Counted from the first letter of the stretch, positions 28,428 to 37,401 are shown. The stretch is 64,000 nucleotides of DNA from an uncultured bacterium (GCA_964482205.1 CAYZWI010000003.1:83126-147125), one strand, 5' to 3'. The notes: generated from the sequence alone by a model not told the origin. Translations and numbers: made by a program.

Positions 28428-29959
28428 CAGACCTCCCCACGGAACTGAAGCACGACGCCGCCAATACGAAACCGCTGCCCGGACGTCAAGAGCGTGGGTT
28501 GATCGATCCGCTCGCCCCCGGCGAGGTACGTGCCATTCGTGCTTTGCAGGTCCTCCAGCCAGAACTGATGGTCGCGGAATTCGATGACCGCGTGGTGGGA
28601 GGAAACGCGCTCTTCATCCAAGACGATGTTGTTGTCCAGGGCCCGGCCCAACGACGTGCGCGCCGGCAGCAAGGGCAGATTCGATCCGGCCAGCGGGCCG
28701 CTTTCCACGTGCAGCGAGCCGGCGCGATAGGCCTGCAGGACCGATGTCCCGGGATCGTACATGGTCCGTTGCTTGGGCCGCGCAGCCGGCGGGGCGGCGG
28801 GGCGAGCATCCGAGCCGGACTGGACGACTCGCTGTTCCATCTCCTTGATGCTGGCCGTCGCCTGCGCAAGCTGGCCTTCCAGCTTCTGAAACGCGTCGGC
28901 CTGCTGCCTCTTTTCCTCTTCCACGCGATGCATCTCGCCCTGATACGCGAGGTGACGGGCGCGCGATCTGAACCAGAGCAACGCCGAGCACGCCGCAACG
29001 CCCACGAGGGCGATTCCGACGTAGAGCAGCCAAGGCGTCTTTTGGGGAGGGATCGCATGAAGGGGCACGCGGAAGGAGAAACTCCGCCGGACCTGGGTGG
29101 TCGGCATCTTCACCTCGAGCACGGCCGCATGTTCGGAACCGTCCGCCGGCAAGCTCGAAGTCCAGACGAACTCCCAGCGCGATTCCAGGTTGGTCCGCAT
29201 GGCCGCAAGCTTGTCCTTCCACCGCTGCCCGCTCTCGAAAGGCAGGAAGACTCCTCCCGTTTCGGTGGACAGCCGCTGAACGTTGCGCCAGTCCGTCTGG
29301 CTGCCGGACTTGATGCCGATCCCCATGATGCTGGCCCCCACCTTGGCGGCCATTTCCCGGCAGGATTCCAGGGTGTAGGCCCCCCCCTCGTTCTTCCCGT
29401 CCGAGATCAGCACGAGCACCTTGCGTTCGGGCAACCCTTCCTGCTGGAGCAACTCGAGCCCGCGCACGACGCCGTAGAACAGCTCCGTGCGCTTTCCGGG
29501 CGTCTCCATTTCACGCATCGCGGCAACCAAGGCCGAGCGGTCAACCGCGAAATCGATGAGTTGCTGCTGATCATCGTGAAAGGCCACGAGGGCACAGCGG
29601 TCGCCGTCCTCCAACCGCCCCACGAAATCGACCAAGGCAGTTCTCACCTCCGGCATCACTTCCTTCATCGAACCGGAGACGTCGACTGCAAACACGAACC
29701 CAATGCCGTTGACCAGACCGATCTTGCGCAATTCGCCCTTCACCGGCTGGTCCTTCTCCAGCACCGTCACATCCTCGACGTTCAGGCTGCTGACCAGCTC
29801 GCTGTGCTCGGACATGACTTCGAACCGAATGGCCATGCGGGGATATCCGGTCGTGTCGATGCCGGCATTCTGCAGCTCGCACACTGCGGCGTGGACGCCC
29901 GGCACAACAGAGAGCGCTACGCAGGCGGCAATCGACAGGCGGAGACAAGGCATCATCAC
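28427..29959 (-). CDS. vWA-domain / FHA-domain transmembrane protein
   Basis: Signal peptide MMMPCLRLSIAACVALSVVPGVHA. The vWA MIDAS motif is FVFAVDVSGSMKE...LISDG. A TM helix (WLLYVGIALVGVAACSALLWF) and a coiled coil follow. The C-terminal FHA domain is VSSHHAVIEF...STNGTYL. The stop overlaps the PP2C start. Confidence 0.8.
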   Translation of the reverse strand: MMMPCLRLSIAACVALSVVPGVHAAVCELQNAGIDTTGYPRMAIRFEVMSEHSELVSSLNVEDVTVLEKDQPVKGELRKIGLVNGIGFVFAVDVSGSMKEVMPEVRTALVDFVGRLEDGDRCALVAFHDDQQQLIDFAVDRSALVAAMREMETPGKRTELFYGVVRGLELLQQEGLPERKVLVLISDGKNEGGAYTLESCREMAAKVGASIMGIGIKSGSQTDWRNVQRLSTETGGVFLPFESGQRWKDKLAAMRTNLESRWEFVWTSSLPADGSEHAAVLEVKMPTTQVRRSFSFRVPLHAIPPQKTPWLLYVGIALVGVAACSALLWFRSRARHLAYQGEMHRVEEEKRQQADAFQKLEGQLAQATASIKEMEQRVVQSGSDARPAAPPAARPKQRTMYDPGTSVLQAYRAGSLHVESGPLAGSNLPLLPARTSLGRALDNNIVLDEERVSSHHAVIEFRDHQFWLEDLQSTNGTYLAGGERIDQPTLLTSGQRFRIGGVVLQFRGEV

Positions 29960-30175
29960 TTCTGCCCTCCCTGGTCAAGGACCCGAACAGTGCCTCGGGC
30001 GTGAGCAATCGGTCCCTGGGATGCGCGACGGCCACCCGACTGGCCAGGAAACAGGCCATGCCGGATCTCGACGAGGACGTTCTGGCTCGTGGGTCGACGG
30101 GAGGATTCCGGGCATGTCGCAGGCGCGAAACGGATCCTCCCGACCTGGCAGACGCGCATCTGTCAACCGCCCCGG

Positions 30176-30925
30176 TTAGATCATGTAGATCGTGAAGACC
30201 GAGCGCTTCCCGAGTTCGATCGAATCCCGGTTCTGCAAGAGAACGGCCCCCTCCGCAAACAGATCCTGCTGATTGACCTTGGTGCCGTTCATGGAATCAC
30301 AGTCCTTGATGTAGAACTGACCGTCCTGAAACCGAATGACCGCATGCCGTCCCGAAATCGTGGGATCCCAGTCGACGCAGATCTCACACTCTCTTTCGGA
30401 TCCGATGAGATTCCGGCCCTCCCGCAGTCGAAAATCTCGACCCGTCGGCCCTTGGGAGAAAGTCACCAACCAACCCACCAGCTTGCGCTCGGAAGAAGAA
30501 GCCCGGCCTGCCGGGAGACCCGGTTGCTCCGGTGCCGCCTGGACTCCCGGATCGTAGACCGTCTTCCCCTTGTCGCTCCGACCTCCGCCACCCCCTTCCA
30601 TGACCGTGCGAGGCTTCGGAGAGGATCCTCGGGCCTGGTCGCCGCGATCTCCGGTCGACGGCTGCTCCAGGATCGTGGCCCCTTTGGTGAACGCCCCTGG
30701 AGGCCCAACGGGAGGATTGGCGGAAGTGCCCGGGCTTTGGTTTCGATGGCGCGCGGTTGGCGGACAGTATTGGCACTCCGTCCAGGTCGGGTCCATGATA
30801 TGCCCGTTTGGGCAGAGCCTGGCATTCAGCTGGATTCCGCACCGTTCGCAGTAGCCATTGATTGGTTTCACTTCTGCCCGGCAGTTGGCACAGTACATGG
30901 TGCCCCTCCATTTCACTTGCCTCAC
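30176..30925 (-). CDS. FHA-domain protein with N-terminal zinc-ribbon
   Basis: Cys4-type zinc ribbons are present (CANCRAEV...CERCG and CPNGH...CQYC). A Pro/Gly-rich linker leads to a C-terminal FHA domain (GRHAVIRFQDGQFYIKDCDSMNGTKVN). This is the first gene of the minus-strand operon. The true start may be MYCANC at 30898. Confidence 0.7.
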   Translation of the reverse strand: MRQVKWRGTMYCANCRAEVKPINGYCERCGIQLNARLCPNGHIMDPTWTECQYCPPTARHRNQSPGTSANPPVGPPGAFTKGATILEQPSTGDRGDQARGSSPKPRTVMEGGGGGRSDKGKTVYDPGVQAAPEQPGLPAGRASSSERKLVGWLVTFSQGPTGRDFRLREGRNLIGSERECEICVDWDPTISGRHAVIRFQDGQFYIKDCDSMNGTKVNQQDLFAEGAVLLQNRDSIELGKRSVFTIYMI

Positions 30926-31376
30926 GGTATAGAGAACTGAGCAAGTTCCATACTAGGTAATAGTGACGCAAGGCGCAACCATGCGAAACTTGCCCGGTGG
31001 TGGCCCCCGATCGCCATTTCGACGGCCTGCCCCTGCCGGCACGAACCTCCCCCTGGGTTTCAGAAGCTTTTCCGATGTCGCAGGCGACGCAGCTGCGTCA
31101 CTTGCGCCTTCCCGGCAGAAGCTATTCCCTTCATTTGGAATTCCTTGTCGGCGTATCTTCGCGAAGACTCTGCATCCTGGCCACGCCAGCGGCGGTCGGT
31201 TGCCGCATGCGGCTCGTTATCCGCATCTGCGCAAAAAGATTGACTCTCCTCACGGTTGCGTTCCACTATCAGAGACGATCAGGACATGGCTGACATCGAG
31301 TGTTGCGATTCCGTAGCATTTGCGGTCTTCGGTCGTTCGTGTCGCTTCACAACCGTTCAACGCGAGGGTCCCCTCT

Positions 31377-32624
31377 ATGGAAGGCGGCAGCATCAATCCG
31401 GCCTTGATTGCGCTCTTGGTCTTTGTGATCGCCCTCGTCATCTACCTCATCGCCGGCTTTCGCAGGATTCCACTGGGTGCTGTGGGACTCGTCGTCACGA
31501 TGGGGAGGCGGACGGGCGATGTGCGCTCGGAGGGAAACACCTGGCTAGCTCGTTTCTTCCAGAGCGTCGTTGTCCTCTTCATTCGTGAACGCCAAGTCGA
31601 CATTCCCACGGCGCAGTACTACACATCCGACCGCGTTCGAATCGCTTTCAAGACTACGATCCGGGTTTCCGTCGCCGATGCAGCCGCATTGTTCAGCCAG
31701 GGACCTGGCACCTACGGTCCGTTTACCAGAGAAGGCTATGGAAACACCGAAAGTGGCTCGGAAGAGGCGAACATCGCTTTACGGAATTTGGTCCAAAACT
31801 CGATTCGCGAGACAATCCAGGCGATGCGCATCGATGAAGTGATGTTTGGGGGATCGTCTCAAAACTCCGTGCGGGAACTAATCCGCCAGGCACTCGCCCG
31901 AACGGCCAAGCGATGGGGCCTGGAAGTGCTCGAGGTTTGGCTGACGGATGTAGATGCGGATAATGCCGAGGTGAAAAAGGCCGTTCAGGCAGAAGTCCAA
32001 GCCACCATGGAGGGGCGCGGGCAACTGGCCAAATTCGAAGTGAAGGTTGCCCAGGGAGGGCTCTTCCAGAAGGTGGCCATGGATGTGGCCAATCTCATCT
32101 ACGACCGGACGGGAAACCGGGTGAGCCCCGACCAAGTGATGAATTTCCTGATTGGCTTCTATCGGAACGAACGCGCGCTAGATGTCGCCATGGCCGCGAG
32201 CAAGGGGACCAATGATATTCTGCAGGCGTTCTACATGCATCATGTGGGCATGCCTCTTCCCGATGCCCCGCCAGTCTTGCCGGGTTTGCAGAACGCTCCT
32301 GGAGCGGGTTTGTTTCTTGGCGGTAGTCCCGGCATCCCCTTCCTGCAAGGCTCCTGGATCATTGGCCGTGAAGGCACGATTGAAATTGACAGCCCAGGTG
32401 TGTCTCGAAGGCATGCGCGTTTGGACGGAAACGGTAGTCAGTACACGCTCACCGACCTCGGATCTTCGAATGGGACTTTTGTCAACAACGCCATGCTGAC
32501 GCCCAACTCCCCGATCCTGGTGCAACCAAGTGATTCGGTCCGGTTCGGACAGCGAGTATCGACGACAGTCGCCAGTCTCGTCCAGGCGGTCGGACGAGGA
32601 CGCTTGGATGTCCAGCCAGGATAG
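31377..32624 (+). CDS. SPFH (band-7/stomatin-like) domain protein fused to a C-terminal FHA domain
   Basis: An N-terminal TM helix (ALIALLVFVIALVIYLIAGF) is followed by an SPFH core (IPLGAVGLVVTMGRR...YYTSDRVRIAFKTTIRVSV) and a coiled coil. The C-terminal FHA domain is GSWIIGREGTIEIDSPGVSRRHARLD...LTDLGSSNGTFVNN. The ATG at 31377 lies in frame within the listed ORF. The gene is divergent from the kinase operon. Confidence 0.7.
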   Translation: MEGGSINPALIALLVFVIALVIYLIAGFRRIPLGAVGLVVTMGRRTGDVRSEGNTWLARFFQSVVVLFIRERQVDIPTAQYYTSDRVRIAFKTTIRVSVADAAALFSQGPGTYGPFTREGYGNTESGSEEANIALRNLVQNSIRETIQAMRIDEVMFGGSSQNSVRELIRQALARTAKRWGLEVLEVWLTDVDADNAEVKKAVQAEVQATMEGRGQLAKFEVKVAQGGLFQKVAMDVANLIYDRTGNRVSPDQVMNFLIGFYRNERALDVAMAASKGTNDILQAFYMHHVGMPLPDAPPVLPGLQNAPGAGLFLGGSPGIPFLQGSWIIGREGTIEIDSPGVSRRHARLDGNGSQYTLTDLGSSNGTFVNNAMLTPNSPILVQPSDSVRFGQRVSTTVASLVQAVGRGRLDVQPG

Positions 32625-32657
32625 CGGACGGGGTTCTGGCCGCGGCGCGAAATAGAG

Positions 32658-33446
32658 CTAGCCGATCCTGGTCGACTGCTCGGAGTCCGGACTGAAAGCG
32701 CGCTCGGGCACTCGTCTTCCTGTGGCGTCATTCAATGCATCCAGCAACGGCAACACTTCCCGCAAGTCTCGCAGCTCGTGATCGGCCGACTCGTCGCGAT
32801 CGAAGATGTACCCGTCCGGCTGCCCGTTGTCGAGAAGCGCGGTCACCATCCCCGCGCGCGCCGCTCCCGCCATCTCACGCCCGTGTCCGTCGCCCACATA
32901 CAGGCACGCGGCCGGCTCCACCTGCAAGCGGGCGATCATCTGCGCGTAGATGCGCGCGTCCGGCTTGGCCGCTCCCACCTCCGACGAAAACAGCGCCACT
33001 TGAAAGTGCCGCGCGAGCGGACCGGCGCGAAAGACCGCGGGCACATCCGGGTTGCAGTTCGAGATCAGGCCGAGAGGATATCCGCGTGTTGCGATCTCAC
33101 GCAGAACTTCTTCGCTTTCAGGCTTGGGCCGAAGCGTCGCGCGCAAGAGCTCACGAAAGGGAACGAGGCCGCGGGTGATCTCGTCGTCTTCTGTGCGCAC
33201 CTGCAAGCGCGCGCAGATCACGCGGACGTTGTCTTCGAGCGTCGCCAGGCGCCCGTCGTTGCGTTCGCGATAGGTGGCGTCCCATTCGGCGCGGAAGGCC
33301 GCTTCCGGGATCCCGAGCGCGGCGGAGAGCGAGGCCAGCGTTCCGTAGTAATCGGTCAAACGCGACACGGGGACGAGCGTGCCGAAGAGATCGAACACGC
33401 AAGCGCGGATGGCGGTCGCCCGGCGCGGCTCATCGAGTGGATGCAT
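32658..33446 (-). CDS. HAD-superfamily hydrolase
   Basis: HAD motif I reads VFDLFGTLV and motif IV reads YVGDGH. The product is 262 aa. Confidence 0.7.
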   Translation of the reverse strand: MHPLDEPRRATAIRACVFDLFGTLVPVSRLTDYYGTLASLSAALGIPEAAFRAEWDATYRERNDGRLATLEDNVRVICARLQVRTEDDEITRGLVPFRELLRATLRPKPESEEVLREIATRGYPLGLISNCNPDVPAVFRAGPLARHFQVALFSSEVGAAKPDARIYAQMIARLQVEPAACLYVGDGHGREMAGAARAGMVTALLDNGQPDGYIFDRDESADHELRDLREVLPLLDALNDATGRRVPERAFSPDSEQSTRIG

Positions 33447-33575
33447 CCTTGCGCTGCCCTTCCCCGCATGGCCCTGATGCGCGTTGCCTTCTGCAAGCGC
33501 CCTCTGCGCGCGCCTGCAGCGAGCGGCTCTTCTACTCGCAGCTCGCGCGATCCTTGCGCGCGCAGCCCTTACCGA

Positions 33576-35231
33576 TCAGCTCTTCTCCCATCCCGGCCGC
33601 GCTCCCGACTCGTGCACCCACACATCCTTGTTCTCGCCGTAGTCGATCGGGCAATCGATGAGCACCGGCCGGTTCTGTTGAAACGCCTCTTCCAGGGCAG
33701 GTCGTAGCTGATCCTCCGCGGTGATGCAATAGCCGATCGTGCCGTAGGCCTCCGCGTACTTGCAGAAGACGGGGTTGTGCAAATCCAGGCCGAAGTCGGG
33801 GAATCCGTGGCTCTGCTGTTCCCACTTGATGAACCCGTAGGCGTTGTCGTTCAGGATGAGGACCACGACGGCGATTCCCAAACGCACCGCGGTCTCGAGC
33901 TCCTGGGAGTTCATCAGGAATCCGCCGTCTCCCACGACGGCGAGCACGCGGCGATCGGGACGCACGAGCTTCGCCGCCATCGCGAGCGGCATGCCGGCCC
34001 CCATCGTCGCGAGGCTGTTGTCGAGAATGAAGGTGCCGATGTCGTAGACCGGGTAATGGCGCGAGAACCACAGCTTGTAGATCCCGTTGTCGAGGCAGAG
34101 CACATCTTCCCGCCCCAACGCGCGCCGGCATTCGGCCACGATCCTTCGCGGGCGCAGCGGGAAGGCGGTGTCATCGGCGCCTTCGACGTGCAGGCGCCGC
34201 TCGAACTCCCGGCGCAAGCGCGCGAGCGTGTCGCCCGCGTAGCGGTAATTCGCCAGCCGTTCGCCCAAGCGGTCGAGGGTGGTCGCGATGTCGCCGATCA
34301 GCTCGATGCGTGGGTTGTAATGCGCCTGGGTCTTCCCCACGCTGAAGTCGATGCGCAGAATCGGCTTGTCCATGCGCGGGTTCCACAAGCGCGGCGGATA
34401 CTCGTTCGTCGAATAGCCCACGGTGATGATCAGATCGACGCCTTCCACGATCGCGCTCAGATGATCGTGCCGGTGGACGCCGAAGGAGAAGAGCGAGTTG
34501 GGATGGTCGTCTCCCAGCGCGCCTTTCCCGAGTTGCGTGTGAATGACGAAGACGTTCGTCGCATCGCAGAAGCGCCGCAGGCTCTCGTGCACGCGCCGCC
34601 GCTGTCCGCGGCTCGAGACGATCAGGATCGGATCGCGAGCGCGGCGGATCATCTCCGCCGCAGCGTCGATCGCGCTCGCCTCCGCCACCGGGCGGCGAAT
34701 CCATCCGGGATCGAGCGGCCGGAACTCCGCCGGAACCGATTCGTTGGCGATGTCCTCGGGCAGCTCGATGTGGCAGGCGCCCAGGCGCTCGGTGGTCGCG
34801 ACCTTGAAGGCTTCGCGCACTTCGGTCGGGATCATCTTTGGATCCTGGATCTGGATCGTGCGCTTCGTGATCGGACGCATGAGGCTCACGATGTCGAGCA
34901 ATTGGAAATCGGCCTGCCAGTTCTCGCGAATCCCCTTCTGGCCGGTGATTGCGAGCAGCGGAACGCCGGAGAGCTGCGCGTGCGCGATCCCCGTCACGAG
35001 ATTCGTCGCGCCGGGGCCGAGCGTGGCCAGGCACACGCCCGTCTTTCCGGTCATGCGCGCGTACCCTGCGGCCATGAACGCCGCCGCCTGCTCATGGCGA
35101 TTCACGATCAAGCGGATCGACGAGGTGCGCAGGCTTTCGAGCAGATCCAGGTTCTCTTCACCGGGAACGCAGAAGACATACTCGGTCCCTTCCCGTTCGA
35201 GGCAACGAACAAACAGATCGGATGCCTTCAT
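33576..35231 (-). CDS. Thiamine-pyrophosphate-dependent enzyme (acetolactate synthase large-subunit-like)
   Basis: The N-terminus MKASDLFVRCLEREGTEYVFCVPGEENL matches the family. The TPP-binding motif is GDGGFLMNSQELETA. The listed 648-aa ORF carries an Arg-rich extension. The start is the Met encoded at 35231-35229. Confidence 0.8.
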   Translation of the reverse strand: MKASDLFVRCLEREGTEYVFCVPGEENLDLLESLRTSSIRLIVNRHEQAAAFMAAGYARMTGKTGVCLATLGPGATNLVTGIAHAQLSGVPLLAITGQKGIRENWQADFQLLDIVSLMRPITKRTIQIQDPKMIPTEVREAFKVATTERLGACHIELPEDIANESVPAEFRPLDPGWIRRPVAEASAIDAAAEMIRRARDPILIVSSRGQRRRVHESLRRFCDATNVFVIHTQLGKGALGDDHPNSLFSFGVHRHDHLSAIVEGVDLIITVGYSTNEYPPRLWNPRMDKPILRIDFSVGKTQAHYNPRIELIGDIATTLDRLGERLANYRYAGDTLARLRREFERRLHVEGADDTAFPLRPRRIVAECRRALGREDVLCLDNGIYKLWFSRHYPVYDIGTFILDNSLATMGAGMPLAMAAKLVRPDRRVLAVVGDGGFLMNSQELETAVRLGIAVVVLILNDNAYGFIKWEQQSHGFPDFGLDLHNPVFCKYAEAYGTIGYCITAEDQLRPALEEAFQQNRPVLIDCPIDYGENKDVWVHESGARPGWEKS

Positions 35232-35241
35232 CCCTCCCCCG

Positions 35242-36888
35242 TCATTTCCGCGCGCGCGAGACGCCCGCCCCGCGGCCGCCGCGCTGAGACCTGGTTTTCT
35301 TGCTGGGCGCTTTCTTGCCGACGGTCCTCTTGGCCGGCGTTCTTGTGGGGCTTGGTTTACCCTTGCTTGACCGCTTCGCGATCGATGTCGTCGTGCGCTT
35401 CGTAGGTGCCTTCGATGCACGCTTCGCGGGCGCTTTCGTCGCGGGCGGCACAGCGCGCTTCCCCGTTCCCGTCGCCGCACGCTTCCTGGCCGCTCTCGTG
35501 GCCGGCACGTGCTGTTCCCCATGCGCGTGAATGCTGATGCCCTTCACATTCACGAATTCGCGCAATCCGAAATGCGAGAGCTCTCGCCCGAAGCCGCTTT
35601 GCTTCACGCCGCCAAAGGGCATGCGCGGGTCGGACTTGACGACGCTGTTCACGAAGGTCGTGCCCGCCTCGAGCCTGCGCAGCAGGCGTTCGCCGCGGCG
35701 AAGATCCGGCGTCCAGACGCTGGCACCCAATCCGAAGGGGCTCGCGTTCGCGATTCGCACGGCATCGTCGTCATCTCTCGCGGCGATCACCGGAGCGATT
35801 GGGCCGAAGACCTCTTCGAGCACGACCGGCATTTGCGCATTCGCATTCGCGACGACCGTGGGCGCGAAGTAGAATCCCGGCCGCTCGAGCCGCTGCCCTC
35901 CGGTGACGACGCGCGCGCCCATGCTCACGGATTGCTCCATTTGCCGGGTGAGTTGAGCGACCGCATCTTCATCGACGAGCGGCCCCACTTCCGTGCTTTC
36001 CTCTTGCGGATCTCCGACGACGAGCGCTTCCATCCCCGCCGCAAATCGTTCGGTGAAGGCTTCGACGAGCGGTTCAGCCACGATGAAGCGCTTGGCGGCG
36101 ATGCAGCTCTGCCCCGTGTTGATCATCCTTCCCGCGACCGCCTGACGCGCCGCGAATTCCACATCGGCGTCGTCGAGCACGATGAAGGCGTCCGATCCGC
36201 CCAGTTCGAGCACGACCTTCTTCAACGCCCGGCCCGCGGTCTCGGCAATGCGCGCACCCGCTTCGGTGCTGCCGGTCAGGGAGACGCCCTGGATCCATTC
36301 GCCTTCGAACAACCCGCTCACCGTCTTGTGATCGGTGAAGATCGCTCGAAAGATGTTGGGAGGAAACCCCGCCTCGCGAAACGCGCGCTCGATGGCGAGC
36401 GCGCATTGAGGCACATTGCGCGCGTGCTTGAGGAGGCTCGCGTTGCCGGCGAGCACCGCGGGAACACCAAAGCGCAACGCCTGCCAAAAGGGAAAATTCC
36501 AGGGCATGATCGAGAGGATCACGCCCAACGGCTCGAAGACCACGCGGTTCTCGATCCCGCCCGCATCCACCGTTTCCTCGGCGAGCCAATCGGGACCGTA
36601 TTCCGCGTAGATCTCGGCCAGCCACGCGCACTTCTCGATTTCCGCACGCGATTGCGCGATCGGTTTTCCCATCTCGGTGGTGATGTGGCGGGCATTCGTC
36701 TCGAGACTGTCGCGCAACACCGCCGCGAGGCGGAAGAAGAGCCCGGCGCGCTCGGTCACATCGACATCGCGCCATTCGGTATAGGCCTCACGCGCCTGCC
36801 GGGCGATGGCGCGCACATCCTCGCGGCAGGAAGTCTCATATCCGCCGGCCGCTTCGCCGGTGGCCGGATTGACGAGCTCGATTCTCAT
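35242..36888 (-). CDS. NAD(P)+ aldehyde dehydrogenase (succinate-semialdehyde-DH-like) with about 90-aa Lys/Ala/Pro-rich histone-H1-like C-terminal tail
   Basis: ALDH motifs VVLELGGSDAF, catalytic Cys in GQSCIAAKR, and EEVFGPIAP. The tail is in frame with no intervening stop: KRAATGTGKRAVPPATKAPAKRASKAPTKRTTTSIAKRSSKGKPSPTRTPAKRTVGKKAPSKKTRSQRGG. The start MRIELVNP lies inside the listed ORF. Confidence 0.8.
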   Translation of the reverse strand: MRIELVNPATGEAAGGYETSCREDVRAIARQAREAYTEWRDVDVTERAGLFFRLAAVLRDSLETNARHITTEMGKPIAQSRAEIEKCAWLAEIYAEYGPDWLAEETVDAGGIENRVVFEPLGVILSIMPWNFPFWQALRFGVPAVLAGNASLLKHARNVPQCALAIERAFREAGFPPNIFRAIFTDHKTVSGLFEGEWIQGVSLTGSTEAGARIAETAGRALKKVVLELGGSDAFIVLDDADVEFAARQAVAGRMINTGQSCIAAKRFIVAEPLVEAFTERFAAGMEALVVGDPQEESTEVGPLVDEDAVAQLTRQMEQSVSMGARVVTGGQRLERPGFYFAPTVVANANAQMPVVLEEVFGPIAPVIAARDDDDAVRIANASPFGLGASVWTPDLRRGERLLRRLEAGTTFVNSVVKSDPRMPFGGVKQSGFGRELSHFGLREFVNVKGISIHAHGEQHVPATRAARKRAATGTGKRAVPPATKAPAKRASKAPTKRTTTSIAKRSSKGKPSPTRTPAKRTVGKKAPSKKTRSQRGGRGAGVSRARK

Positions 36889-37166
36889 CGTTCCTCCAAT
36901 GGTGATGCCTCCTGATCGTCCCGGCTCGAACGGCGGGGTTCCAACCGGCGGCCGCAGGAATGCAGAGATCACTGTCGCGACGATGCCAAGGTCAATCGCG
37001 CTTCTCGCGGCGACCGGATGGTGGGGAGAACGGCAAGAGGCCGTTCATCCGGCTGCCCCGACATGGGAAGCGAGAACCGCGCTCGCGCGCCTCTCGCCGC
37101 CCTGGAGAATACCCGAGCGACGCGCCCGCAGCAAGGTCGCGTCCTGCCGCCAGGATCGCGTCACGA

Positions 37167-37295
37167 GCGTGCTATAGCAGACCGCATGCCCAGCTCCCCG
37201 GCGCACGGTGCCTGCTATAGCAAACGCAAGGCCCAGCTTTCGCGTGCCTATGGCCTGCTATAGCAGGCCGCATGCCCAGCATTCGCTCTGCACCG
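37167..37295. repeat. Three tandem 43-bp direct repeats, each containing the perfect palindrome TGCTATAGCA
   Basis: The palindrome sits at 37170-37179, 37213-37222 and 37256-37265, exactly 43 bp apart. Each is followed by the conserved string [AG][AG][AC]CGCA[TA]G[CG]CCAGC. The array lies in the 680-bp divergent intergenic region between the ALDH gene (-) and the DUF2029 gene (+). Confidence 0.6.
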
Positions 37296-37401
37296 CCCTG
37301 CAACCGCGCCGCGGCGGCCCGCATGGTGTCATAGGGATGTAAGCGAAGCGCGGCCGCGGAAGTCTCCAGGCCTCTCTTGGCCCTGACGGCGCTGAGCGTA
37401 C

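Noticed and set aside
28427-30925. FHA/PP2C/STK genes as a T6SS post-translational regulation (Fha/PppA/PpkA) module
   Set aside because: No T6SS structural genes (TssB/C, Hcp, VgrG, TssM and others) are present anywhere in the window. The operon instead contains peptidoglycan lytic-enzyme homologs.
35242-35515. Possibility that the Lys/Ala/Pro-rich tail is a separate small histone-like gene
   Set aside because: There is no stop codon between the ALDH domain and the tail. There is no internal start with an RBS. I keep it as a fusion but flag it for verification.
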